A stretch of 64,000 nucleotides of DNA, from NCBI RefSeq assembly GCF_963921235.1, contig NC_086108.1:17112001-17176000 (forward strand), given 5' to 3'. Below are positions 13,110-25,224 of the stretch, in pieces. Under the pieces are notes generated by a model, which did no database searches, was not told the DNA's origin, and saw only the letters and a program-made list of their open reading frames with translations. The position numbers were made by a program, and so were the translations under genes. Position 1 is the stretch's first letter; each line of letters opens with the position of its first letter. This DNA is from Mobula hypostoma. Its lineage: Eukaryota.

Positions 13110-13410
13110 GGTGCCACAGTAGTATAGCAGTTAGCACGTCGTTAATACAGTTCAGGGCGTCAGAGTTCAGAGTTCAATTTTGACGTCGTCTTTAAGGAGT
13201 ACAGTATCCATGTGCCCTCCCAATGGAATGTATATGTTTTCTCCGGGTGCTCCGATTTCCTCCCAATGTCCAAAGACATAATTGTTAGTAGGTTAATTGG
13301 TCATTGTAAATTGTACGGTGATTAGACTGGGTTAAATAGGTGGGTTGCCGGTGGCGTGGCTAGCTTGGCCAGAAGAGCCTGTTCTGCACTATATCTCTAA
13401 ATAAATAAAC
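13110..13410 (+). mobile_element. V-SINE (HE1-like)
   Basis: tRNA-like head; V-domain ttctccgggtgctccgatttcctccca..tccaaagac; (aaat)n tail. Confidence 0.8.
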
Positions 13411-13889
13411 AGAATACCTCCCATATCCCAATACATGCACCTTACCCAGCAGGAGCACAGTCAGAACACCAAGTGCAAAATGGTGATAAGGTGGAGAAAT
13501 GAGAGTAAACCTCATTCAGAATTTAAGGGTCAAAGGCAAAACTGAGTTTATTGTCATATTGAACAGGTAACATAATTGAACATAATAAACTGAGTTTATT
13601 GAACAGGTGTAATGAAAAACATACAACAGCTTCGTATAGGCAACATTCACAGGAAAAGCATAAATTATACACTATTCTTGTGAGAAGAAACACAATCAGA
13701 ACCTAAAAAGCACTAGGTCCACTTTAGTGCCAAGTGATCCAAGTCGTCATGGTGTTGCAAAATTGGTCGATTTAGGTCCCTCTTTTGAAGTGCAAAATTG
13801 GTCGAAATGATAATGGCAATTTTCATACTTACATACTTTCCTTCATTATCAACATTATTATCCCAAGAAACCTTCTCTGGAGAAAGTCC

Positions 13890-14375
13890 CGAGGAGGTCC
13901 ATGAGAATGATCCTGGGAATGAAAAGGCTAATATATGAGGTGCGTTTGATGGCTCTGGGCCTGTACTCACTGGATTTTAGAAAAATGAGGGAGTATCTCA
14001 TTGAAACCTATCAAACCTTAATGGCTTAGATAGAGTGGATGTGGACAAGATGTTTCCCTTAGTGGGGAAGTCTAGGACCAGAGACCGTTGCCTCAGAATA
14101 GAAAGATGTCCCTTTAGAACAGAAATAAGAAGGAATTTCCTCAGCCAGAGGGTAGGAAATCTGTGGAGTTCATTGCAACAGACAGCTGTGGAGGCCAAGT
14201 CACTGGGTATATTTCAAGTGGAGGTTGATAGCTTCTTGATTAGTCAGGGCATCAAAGGTTACAGGGAGAAGGCAGCAGAATGGAGTTGAGAGGGATAATA
14301 TATCAGCCATGATGGAATGATGAAGCAGACTTGAAGGGCTGAATGGCCCAATTCTACTCCTGTGTCTTATGGTCT
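13890..14375 (+). mobile_element. CR1 3' fragment
   Basis: ORF 14035-14289 DVDKMFPLVGKSRTR...RNFLSQRVGNLW. Confidence 0.85.
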
Positions 14376-14503
14376 AAATGTTTCCATTGAAGGCTTCTGA
14401 ATGAAGGCATCCAGTATGAAGGCACTGAAGAGAGTCCAGAGAGGGGCAACAAGACTCATTCTGGATCTGCAGGGTATGAGCTATAAAGAAAGATTGAAAG
14501 AAT

Positions 14504-15285
14504 AAGGTATAATCTGTACGAGAGGGTGTTGTCCAACAGTCTGTAATGAGGTGTAATCTGTACAAGAGGGGATGGTCCAACAGTCTGTGATGAATTACAA
14601 TGTGTATGAGAGGGTGTTCTCCAACAGTCTGTGATGAGGTATAATCTGTACAAGAGGGGTTGGTGCAACAATTTATGATGGGGTATAATCTGTTCGAGAG
14701 GGCGTTGTCCAACAGTCTGTAATGAGTTAGAATCTCTATGAGAGGGTGTTGTCCAACAGCCTGTGATGAGGTATAATCTGTACGAGAGGGGATTGTCCAA
14801 CTGTCTATGATGAGGTATAATCTGTATGAGAGGGTGTTGTCCAACAGTCAGTAATGAGATATAATCTGTACCAGAGGGTATTGTCCAACAGTCTATAATG
14901 AGGTATAATCTGTATGAGAGGGGATGGTCCAACAGTCTGTGATGAGGTATAATCTGTACAAGAGGGGATGGTCGAACAATCTATAATGAGATATAATCTG
15001 TACGAGAAAGCGTTGTCCAACAGTGTGTAATGAGGTATAATCTGTACGACAGTGTGTTGTTGAACAGCCTGTGATGAGGTATAATCTGTACAATAGGGGT
15101 TGGTCCAACAATATATGTTGAGGTATAATCTGTTCGAGAAGGTGTTGTCCAACAGTCTGTAATGAGGTATAATCTGTACGACAGTGTGTTGTCCAACAGT
15201 CTGTGATGAGGTATAATGTGTACAAGAGTGTGCTGTACAACAGTGTGTGAAGAGGTATAATCTGTTCAAGAGGGGTTAGCAACAG
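14504..15285. repeat. 44-bp minisatellite, ~18 diverged units
   Basis: Consensus gaggtataatctgtacgagagggtgttgtccaacagtctgt(a/g)at, head-to-tail without spacers. Confidence 0.95.
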
Positions 15286-15404
15286 AGGACTCTTATATGA
15301 CCTGTCTGAGCCTACTGCTCCATCTGCTGGTCATCCATTGCTTTTCTGCCTGTGTAGCCAATCACTGTGGGGTGACTGGCTCATTAAATCTGATTACTCA
15401 AGGG

Positions 15405-15825
15405 AGGTGGCAGATGCTGGAAATCTGGAGCAACTCAGAACTGTTGACATGTCAGGCTGAGACCCTTCGCATTAGGACTGGAAATAAAGAGGGCAAATGT
15501 CAAAATAAATGGATTGGGGAGGGTATGATCACGAGCTTGTGGGTGGAAGGTGAGGCCAGGTGAGAGCGCAATGGTAGAAGAGTGACAGACAGGAGAAGGG
15601 AATGATCTGAGAAGCTGAGACATGATAGGTGGAAGAGGTGAAGGGCTGAAGAAGAGGGAATCTGATGGGAGCGGATTGTGGACCATGAAACAAAGGGATG
15701 GAGGAAAGTGTAAGGGATTGGCAGTTTGTAAGGAGAAGGGAGAAGGAGGAAAGGGGGATAAGAGAGATCAGGAAACCAAAGTGGGGAGGGGGGATGGTCA
15801 AGGAAGACAGAGGGGGAAATGGTTT
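15405..15825 (-). mobile_element. Old Penelope pLTR fragment with degenerate hammerhead
   Basis: gcagatgctggaaatc tail; gttgacatgtcaggctgagacccttc; purine-rich pLTR body. Confidence 0.7.
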
Positions 15826-16067
15826 CTGCCTGCCCTCCAGTTTTTTGTGTATGTCAGTCAATGTATGATCCACAATGATCACAAGTGCTTTTGAGTAAGT
15901 GGATCCACAATGCTCTCTTTTTATTGTGATCAGTCAGGAGCTGCAGATGGGCATGGTTTTGGCACTGGAATTGTCCTCGATTACAGGTAGAGCATGCCAT
16001 TGGTTGAATTACAGGTGGTTCTGCTGTTGAACAGTAGTTATGTTCCGAAGAAACGTTGCATTATAGA

Positions 16068-16191
16068 CGAAGGGTCTCGGCCTGAAACGTCGACTGCACC
16101 TCTTCCTATAGATGCTGCTTGGTCTGCTGCGTTCACCAGCAACTTTGATGTACGTTGCTTGAATTTCCAGCATCTGCAGAATTCCTGTTGT
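16068..16191 (+). mobile_element. 124-bp Penelope 3'-end insertion
   Basis: Near-identical to the 8368-8457 end plus tail; 12-bp TSD ttgcattataga at 16056-16067 and 16192-16203. Confidence 0.9.
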
Positions 16192-16955
16192 TTGCATTAT
16201 AGAAAGTCGTTTTATAACAGAATGGTGCTATTGCCTTCAAAACGTGAATTTAAACAGATACAAGAGATTCTATAGATGCTGGAAATCCAGAGCAACACAC
16301 ACTAAATGCTGGAGGAGCTCAGCAGGTCAGGCAGCATCTATGGAAATGAATAAACAGTTGACCTTTTGGACCGAGACTCTTCTTCATGACTGGAAATGAA
16401 GGGGGAAGCTGTCAGAATGAAAAGGTGGTGGGAGGGGAAGGGGGATAGTTAGAAGGTGATAGGTGAAGCCAGATGGATGGGGAAGGTAAAGGGATGGAGA
16501 AGAAAGAATCTGATAAGAGAGGAGAATGGACCACGGGACAAAGTCAAGAAGGAGGAGCATCAGAGAGAGAGTTGATAGGCAGGTGAGGAGAAGAGATAAG
16601 ATGCCAGATTGAGGAACAGAAGAAGAGGGAAGGGTGAGAGAAATTCTGACCGGAAGGGGAAATTGATGTTCATGCCATTAGGTTGGAGGCTACCTAGAAG
16701 GAATATGAGGTGTTGCTCCTCCACTGGGAGTGGCCTCACCATGGCAAAAGAGGAGACCATGGATCAACATGTCAGAACAGGAATGGGGAAAGGAATTAAA
16801 ATGGTTGACCACTGGGAAGTTCCATTTTGGTGGATGGAGCAGAGATGCTCGACAAGGCATATCCTCAATTTACGTTGAGTTTCACCAATGTAGAGGAGGC
16901 CACATTAGGAATGACGTATACAATAGACAACCCCCAGCAGATTCCCAGGTGAAGT

Positions 16956-18053
16956 AACACTCACGAAACACTGGAGGAACTCAGCAGGTCGGGCAGCATG
17001 TGGAAATGATGAGTCGACGTTTCGGGCCGGAACCCTTCGTCAGGACTGAAGAGGGAAGGGGCAGAGGCCCTATAATGAAGGTGGAGGAGGGTGGAAAGGA
17101 GAAGGCTGGACCGGATCCAGCACATTATCCTCCGCAACTTCTGCCACCTTCAACAGGACCCCACCACGAAGCACATCTTTCCCTCTCCACCCCTCTCTGC
17201 TTTCCGCAGGGATTGGTCCCTCTGCGACTCCCTTATCCACACGTCCCTCCCCACGGATCTCCCACTTGGCACTTATCCCTGTAAGCGTAAGTGCTACACC
17301 TGTCCCTACACCTCCTCTCTTGCCACCATTCAGGGCCCCAAACGGTCCTTCCAGGTGAGGCAACACTTCACTTGTGAGTCTGTTGGGGTCATCTATTGCA
17401 TCGGGTGCTCCCAGTGCGGCCTCCTCTGCATCGGTGAAACCCAATGCAGATTGGGGGACCGCTTCGTCGAGCACCTCCTGTCCGTCCGCCACAACAGACA
17501 GGATCTTCCGGTAGCCACCCACTTCAACTCTGCTTCCCATTCCCATTCAGATATGTCCATACATGGCCTCCCCTACTGCCATGATGAGGCTAAACTCAGG
17601 TTGGAGGAGCAACGTCTCATATACCATCTAGGTAGTCTCCAGCCCCTTGGTATGAACATAGAATTCTCCAACTTCCAGTAATTCCCTTCCCCTCCCTTCC
17701 TCTATCCCTATTTCACTCTGCCCCCTCCCCAGCTGCCTGCCACCTCCTTCTACTACCCATTGTGTTTTCCCCTATTCCTTCTTCACCTTTCCTACCTATC
17801 ACCTCCCTGCTTCCCCTCCCCCACCCCTTTGTCTTTCAAATTACTGGTTTTTCAACTGGACCTACCAGCCTTCTCCTTCCCACCCTCCCCCACCTTCTTT
17901 GTAGGGCCTCTGCCCCTTCCCTCTTTAGTCCTGACGAAGGGTTTCAGCCCAAAACGTTGACTCATCATTTCCATGGATGTTGCACGACCTGCTGAGTTCC
18001 TCCAGCGTGTTGTGAGTGTTGCTTTGACCCCAGCATCTGCAGGTTATTTTGTG
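16956..18053 (+). mobile_element. Penelope-like element with inverted 5' pLTR
   Basis: ORF 17091-17681 (Cys linker + GIY-YIG); inverted pLTR ~16956-17110; 13-bp TSD tcccaggtgaagt at 16943-16955 and 18054-18066. Confidence 0.93.
17011..17048 (-). ncRNA. Minimal type-I hammerhead ribozyme, intact
   Basis: Minus strand: agtc CTGACGA a gggt-tccg-gccc GAAA cGTC gact. Confidence 0.85.
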
Positions 18054-18544
18054 TCCCAGGTGAAGTGTTGCTTCACTTGTTTGGGACCCTGAGTGGAGGT
18101 GAGGGAGGAAAAGAATGGCCAGATGTAGCATTTTTGTTGCTTGCAGGGATATCTGCCAGGTGGGAGATTAGTGGGAAGGGATGAATGGACAAGGGAATCA
18201 TGGAGGAAACAATCCCTGTGGAAAGTGGAGAGCGGGGGGAAGGAAAGATGTGTTTCGTGGTAGGATCCAGATGAAGATGGTGGAAGTTGTGGAGAATGAT
18301 GTATTGGATGCAGAGGTTCATGGGATGGTAGGTGAGGACGAGAGGAACTCCATCCTTGTTAAGGTGGTGGGAAGATGGGGTAAGCGGGGATGTGGGTGAG
18401 GGCAGCATCAATAGCATAGGAAAGGAAAGAGGGAGGACATCTCTGATGCTCTGAAAAGGAATAGATGCAGCAGAGACGAAGGACTTGAGAAAATGGAGAC
18501 GGTGGGAAGAGGTATAGTCAAGATAACTGTGGGAATTGATAGGT

Positions 18545-18800
18545 TTATTTATTTTTTGAATTAATTAATTATTGAGATACAGAACAGAATTGCAATTTCA
18601 GTCCTTTGAGCCGCACCACTCAGCCATCCCCATTTAACCCTGCCTAATCATGGGACAATTAACCTGCCAGCCGGTACGTCTTTGGTCTGTGGGAGGAAAC
18701 TGGAGCACCTGAAGAAACCCACATGGTCACGGGGAGAATATACAATTCCTTACAGCGGTAGGAATTGACCCTGTGTTACCTGTGCTGTAAAGCATCGTCC
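18545..18800 (-). mobile_element. V-SINE (HE1-like)
   Basis: Reverse-complement V-domain gtctttgg.ctgtgggaggaaactggagcacc. Confidence 0.75.
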
Positions 18801-19879
18801 CTTTACACTGTGGGATTAATTGCATTCTATGTACCAAATTCTGTAATCTGAAGTGCCTAGCTTTACTTATACTTAGAGAATTGAAGTGATAAAGAAAGGT
18901 GGAAATATTAATCTGTTGCTATTCAGTAATCATCCTCTTCGAAACCCCTCACTCACCAAAGCCTGAACTCTGGGGTTGCTGCCCTCCAAGGTCCAATGTG
19001 CATATCCGCAGCAGGGGAAGTTGCAAAATTCTACGTGTAATTCAATGATACATCCCATGTGGGTAGAATTTCCTCGATTTATGCTGGAGAGCAGGCCTCT
19101 GCAGCCTGGCTCAGACTGTAATCCTCAAACATGTGAAAGGGGTTCTAGGTTTGAACATTAGGAGGAAAAGGTAGATTAGGCTTTTCTTTTACTTAACCTT
19201 AATACAGAAGAACTCAGCAGGTCAAAACATTACATTAGGAATGGCAATGGAGAGAGGAGATGGCTAGAAAAATGAGGAGGGGGGAGTGGTGAGATAGGAG
19301 CCCAAGGTGATTGGTGGACTGAGGAGGACTGAAGGATAATGGGAAGGTCGAGCAGGTAGGAGATGGGTGGGTGGATTTGGTAGACAAAGGCAGGTGAGTG
19401 ACAAATGGTGACAGACAAAAAAAATTAGAAGAGGCAGATGGAGCATGGTGGGGGAGGGGAAGGTGAAGTCGGAGATAGCTGCTGGAGACTACCAGGGCTG
19501 AACTCAGATCCTTACTTATCAGATTTCTTAAAATTCAGATTCACCACTTTAAACTAATATTGACCTAAAGTATCTTGGGATCTTAGAGATATCAAGAAAC
19601 TATGAAAATTTCTCCTAGGTTTGACAGGTCCTCTGCAATATTGTCAAGTTATTCTGATGGCATGGCATTAGCTTTGTGCCATGTGCATTGTTGTACCTTG
19701 ATACCAACGCATAGGGTAGAAATTTACCTCATTTGTCCCATTGTTCATGTAAACTGGATGAGTGGTGAGTCCAGGTGGTGGGCTGAATCTTGCTTGATTC
19801 GGAGTATTAATTGGCATCACTACACTGGACAATAAATTGGAAGGATTGGCGAGCTTGTGGTATGACTGGAGACTGGATC

Positions 19880-20270
19880 AGCTGTGGCTATTTTCCATGA
19901 AATGAAGGAGGCTGCGGTGTGATCTTATAGACATATATAAAATGATGAGGGTCATGGGTAAGGTGAACGTTCACAGTCTTTTTCCTAGAGTAGCAGAGTC
20001 TCAACTGGAGGACATACGGTAGGTTTAAGGTGAGAGGATGAAGATTTAAAGGGGATCTGAAGGTCAAGTTTTTCACTCTGGGGAATGAACTGTCAGAAGG
20101 AGCTGTAGAGGCAGGTGCATTTACAATATTTAAAGGCATTTGGGCAGACATATGGATAGGAAGGATTTAGAAAGATATGGGCCAAGTTCCAGCAAACGGA
20201 ACCAGCTCAGGAAAGTATTTTGGTTGTCTGAAGATCCTATTTCCATGCTGTGGAACTCTAAGATTCTATG
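19880..20270 (+). mobile_element. Degenerate CR1 3' fragment
   Basis: RRLR.DLI..YKMMR region and CR1 3' UTR. Confidence 0.7.
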
Positions 20271-20469
20271 ACACAATCAGTTTCTTGCACAGCAAACAAA
20301 AGCTAGTGTGGGAGAAGAAATAGAATTGAAATAAAATTTAGGGTTCTCTCTATAAAAATGCAGAGAGTAGAGAATGGTTACAAGTATCATGTGCTTATGA
20401 TGTTTTGTGGATGCTACAATAGAGAAGAGAGAGAAGACTTAGGTTGAGGGTAAATACTGAGAAAGACAT

Positions 20470-20720
20470 TTTGTTTTATTGAGATACAGTGTGGAATAAG
20501 TGCTTCAAGCCACATCACTCAGCAATCCCCTGATTTAATCCTAGCTTAACCATGGGACAATTTACAGTGACCAATTAGCCTAGCAACTGGTATGCCTTTG
20601 GACTTTGGGTGGAAACCCACACGGTCATGGGAAAAACGTACAAACTCCTTACAGGCAGCAGCAAGAACCAGGGTTGCCTATGTTTTAAAGCATTGTGTAA
20701 CCACTATGCTACCATACCCC
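20470..20720 (-). mobile_element. V-SINE (HE1-like), internally deleted
   Basis: Same family as 18545-18800 (ggacaatttacagtgaccaatta, gaaacccacacggtcatggg). Confidence 0.7.
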
Positions 20721-21027
20721 ACCCATTGGACAGAATTACCTTATTGCTCTCTGAAATAGTGAGAAGTACTAGAGACTTCTATCCAACATCTTGGGACAAT
20801 ACTAACACTGAGTCATGGCTATGCTTTATCATTATGAAAACCTGAGATTCAGATCATCTGTGATTGTCTAAGGAAGATTGAGGAACTTGGCAGGTTGTAA
20901 ACATGACAAATAATTTATTGTTGCTTTCTGGTATGACCTTTGATCTGCAACTATTTGGAACATTGAATTTCTGCTTTTGTAGCAGTTCAGGTTGTGAAAT
21001 AACCCTCTATTTCCCCATTTTCTGTAG

Positions 21028-22994
21028 GAAAATTGGCATGAGAGGTATCCCTTCACCAAGGAAAAGCTCTTTGTTCCAAGAAGATTGTTCATTAAACACC
21101 CAAAACTGCTGCAATCTCAGCGACCTCTCCAGTGGCGAGTTGTGTTGTGGACTATGCAAGAAGCGAAGCCAGTCTCCGAGCCACATAATTTTTGATGATG
21201 AGTTTACCCAACAGGCTGAAGTCTGCTCCCAATTACACAGGAAGTGTGGCCTTGAGTCTGCGGTTCAGCGCTTCCCAATTGGATTGATACAAAAGCATGG
21301 GTTTCCACCCTGTGGCATTCCAGAGAAGGAGACTGTGTCAAGAGCTGAGACAGGGAATTGTGGCAAACCTTTCCATGGAAAGACTGATGTTATCGGGAGC
21401 AGGAGTTGGAAAAGTGGAGAAAATCCAATTACCACAGGAGATACTGGAGGAAATCCATTCAACAAGGACAGCAGCCATCATTTCAACATAGCTGTCTGTA
21501 TCGATGGTAAATGTAGCTGTTGTGGCTCTTACATTATCTCAGATACCAAAGCCATTTGCCCTGACCCTCCTTCTTATGAATTTCCAGCTGCTAGTATACT
21601 TCACCAGGACAGGGAACCCCAAAGACCCAATCATCATGAGCTTCCCATATCGACTGCAATGGATTTTCAAACTAACCTTGTTGTCGAAGCTCCAGATGTT
21701 GGAGTATTGTCTCCCAGAATTGTACCTTGCTGGGTTCTCCCTTCACAGCACCGAATCAGAATTGAACCAATAAAGGAAACGTATATAGGGGAGATTACTA
21801 CCATTGATGATGTATTAGTAACTGAAGGTAACACTCCTGACACTGCTTTCCAAAAGATGAAAGATTGTAGAGAGCCTAAGAACCCAACTCACTGCTCTGA
21901 TACAATGCCAGAGAAAAATGGAAGTTCTACAAATTGTACTGAACTTAATACAAAAGGCATTGAGGTGTCAACTAGATGCGCTGGAGGGAACACTTTTAAC
22001 AAGGAACTTGTAAGTATTGAGACGGACAGAAAATCAAGGCGCGGAAGAAAAACCATTGAGAAACCACAAGATAGTCTCCAACGTGTTCACTGCCAAGTAA
22101 GCAGCATTCAAGAGTCAAAAGATTCTGCTGATTCTGAACTTGCAGCCAGTGTTTCAGTGTCAAAACACAGTCATGTACAAAGGCTACCTACAGAACAACT
22201 TATGGATGCTTCCTCCTTTTCAATGCAGCCACTTACTTCATCCTGTCCAGTTGTGAAGCTAGTTCAAAGTTCTAAACAGAATATAAAGAACTCCACCTTA
22301 TACTGCTCATTACTTTCCCAGCAAAAGGGAACTATCTCTCTCAGAAATAGTCAAGTTAAGGACACTCATTCTTCCTATTCCCAGAGCAGATCTAGGAAGT
22401 CCAATTCTCACTCACTGAATACATTGTTTCCCAAAAAGTGTGAAAAAAACACTTCTGATCAAAATCATCTTCCCAAGAGACCAGTGATCAACAAAGCCGA
22501 CTTGACAGTTCTGTCCAAATCCCAGCAAAACAAACTGCCACAAACCCAGGACAACAAATCTTTAACAAATCTGTACACCTGTCCTCCTCACTACAGGGTA
22601 ATTCATCTAAATCCAGAGGAGAATGCTGGAAAACCATTTAATTCTCAGCATTTCCCAGAAATGTCTTTGCTTCGACATCATCAGAGTCCCAGTGGTCCTG
22701 ATCAACAGTTACAAAATGGCCAGACTAATGATGTATCTGTCCCTTTAGCTAAACCCCCTTTGAGTTCTGCTGTTCAGTTGCTAAGGAGTGACAATAAAAG
22801 TTCAGAGGGCCACAGATCAGAGGTTTGAAAAAACTCAGAAATGCTCAAAGAGATAACTGATATAAATGGTGGGCACTTGTCCTCTGAGCATAAAACATCC
22901 ATCAAATTGACCAAACTCCAGAATTGTCTTATCAATCCAAGTCATGCAACCATCTCCTCATCTAAGCAAAGTACTGAAAAACAAGACAGAATAG
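21028..22994 (+). CDS. KIAA1614: Large internal exon of KIAA1614-like gene with in-frame TGA at 22826-22828
   Basis: ttttctgtAG acceptor in frame with exon 12092-12232 (EKHLV|KIGMR); ~600 open codons with IIFDDEF..QAE, CSCCGSYI and IKETYIG motifs; same frame continues after the TGA to a G/GTAAGT donor at 22994/22995. Confidence 0.8.
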
Positions 22995-23595
22995 GTAAGT
23001 GGGTAATTGATATCAACTTCTGATTTCCTTTGTCTTCTATACTACTTGAAGGTAATCATTATAAAAAATTAGCTGAATACCACTCATTTTTCTTTCCGTG
23101 CTGCATAATCTCCTGTGCCTCCAATAGGATGGGCTGTAAAACCACACACATGAAAGGCCAAAAATGTGCCACCTTTAGGCAGAATGACAGGGGCCAAAGC
23201 CAGTATCTTACATAGCATTATTCCATTCCAAATACAAATAAAAGGCTTACTGCATGTTTGAAATCCTTGACATGGAGTCATAGAGTTATGCAAGACAGAA
23301 TTATGCCTTTTTTTCCCAATTCATCCATGCTAATCAAGTCCCATTTGCCTGTATTTGGCCTATATCCCTGCAAACATTTCCTATCCATGAACCTAACCAA
23401 AAGTGTTGTCATTTTTGCATCTCACTTGCTCTTGAGAGTGGGAAAAATTGTATGTTCTTTTTCATGCCCTTTTAGGTTATGGAATCTTATGGCAAAACCA
23501 GAATTTATGCCCAAATCTAATTATCCCTGAGAAGGTGAAGGTACAACATGTCGTAGAATTGTTACGGTCTGTTGAAAGTTGAAAGTACTTCAACA

Positions 23596-25224
23596 ACAAG
23601 CACAAGATACTAGGGAACTCAGTAGGCCAGGCAGCATCTATGGAAAAGAGAACAGTAGACGTTTTGGGCTAAAACCCTTCAGCAGTCTGGAGAAAAGAAA
23701 ATGAGGGGTAAAGGTGAGGAGAGGGGAGAAAGAAACATAAAGTGATAAGTGAAACTGGGAGGGGGAGGGGGCGAAGTAAAGAGCTGGAAAATTGACTTCC
23801 AGGGCTGGAGAAGGAGAAATCAGATTGGAGAGGACAGAAGGCCATGGAAGAAAGAAAAGGGGGAGGAGCACCAGAGGAAGGCGATGGGCAGACAAGCAGA
23901 TAAGATGAGAGAGGAGAAAGGGGTGAAGGAGTGGAGGGCATTACCGGAAGTTCGAGAAATCAATGTATGTGCCATCAGGTTGGAGGCTACCCAGACGGAA
24001 TATAAGGTGTTATTCCTCCAACCTGAGTGTGGTCTCATCATGACAGTGGAGGAAGGGGAATGGCAAGTGGAATTAAAATGGGTGGCCACTGGAAGATCCC
24101 ACTTTTTCTGGCGGACGGAGCATAGGGGCTCGGCAAAGCAGTCTCCCAATCTGCGTTGGGTCTCGCTGATGTATAAGAGGTTGTACCGGGAGCACCAGAC
24201 ACAGTATATGACCCCACAGGTGAAATGTCGTCTCTCCTGTTTGGGGCCCTAAATGGTAGTGAGGTGAGGGAGGATATGTAGGAGCAGGTTGTTCTGCATG
24301 CAAGGATAAGTGTCAGGAGGGAGATCAGTGGGAAAGGACGAATGGACAAGTTAGTCGAGTAGGGAGCGATCTCCGCAGGAAACAGAAAGTTGTGGGGGGG
24401 TGAGGAAAGGTGTGCTTCGTGGTGGGATCGAGTGGGAGATGGAGGAAGTTGCAGAGAATTATGTGCTGGACACAGAGGCTGGTGGGGTGGTAGGTGAGGA
24501 CAAGAGGAAGCTATCCCTGGTAAGGTGGCGGATGGGGTGAGAGCCCTCCGCACAGATATCCCTCCTGGCACTTATCCCTGCGAGCAGAACAAGTGCTAAA
24601 CCTCCTTCCTCAACTACCATTCAGGGCCCCAAAAACTCCCATGGCCATCCATTTTAATTCCACTTCCCATTCCTATTCCAATATGTCCATCCATGGCCTC
24701 CTTCACTGTCGTGATGAGGCCACATTCAGGTCGGAGGAACAACATCTTATGTTCTGTTTATGTAGCCTCCAACCTGATCGCATGAACCTTTATTCCTTGA
24801 ACTTCCGGTAATGCCCCCTTTCACCATTCTCCATTTCCCTTTCCCTCTCTCACTTTATCTCCTTGGCAGCCCATCACCTCCCTCTGGTGCTCCTTCCCGC
24901 TTTTCTTTCTTCAATGGCCTTCTGTCCTCTCCTATCAGACTCCCCCTTCTCCAGCCCTTTATCTCTTTCACCAATTAACTTCCAAGCTCTTTATTTCATC
25001 CCTCCCCCTCTCAGTTTCACCTATCATCTTGTATTTCTCCCACTCCTCCCCCCCATCTTTTAACTCTACCCCTCATCTTTTTTTTCTTCTGTCCTGCTGA
25101 AGACTCTCAGCTTGAAACCCTGACTGAACTCTTTTCCATGGAAGCTGCCTGGCCTGCTGAGTTCCTCCAGCATTTTGTGTGTGTTGCTTGGATTTCCAGC
25201 ATCTGCAGATTTTCTCTTGTCTGA
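23596..25224. mobile_element. Older Penelope insertion: long inverted arm (~23596-24545, -) plus direct arm (~24546-25224, +)
   Basis: GIY-YIG remnants and degenerate hammerheads in both arms; degenerate TSD gaaagtacttcaaca / gaagtattccaaca. Confidence 0.85.

Larger units (their letters stand above)
16260..18545 (-). mobile_element. Older Penelope-like element interrupted by a younger one
   Basis: EEQHLIFLLGSLQPNGMNINF (16560-16760) and VPLVLTYHP...DPTTKHIFP (18073-18417); degenerate hammerhead near 16355-16392. Confidence 0.85.

Noticed and set aside
14374..15282. Minus-strand ORFs of 71-158 aa
   Set aside because: Translations of the minisatellite.
14504..15285. CRISPR array or bacterial TATAAT promoters
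   Set aside because: Whole units are homologous with no unique spacers, there are no cas genes, and the context is eukaryotic.
20903..21027. ATG at 20903 as the start of a 641-aa single-exon gene
   Set aside because: The first 42 codons precede a strong acceptor at 21027 that is in frame with exon 12092-12232; probably intronic.
22826..22828. Selenocysteine recoding of the TGA
   Set aside because: The context is a low-complexity region with no redox motif and I identified no SECIS; other lesions favour decay.
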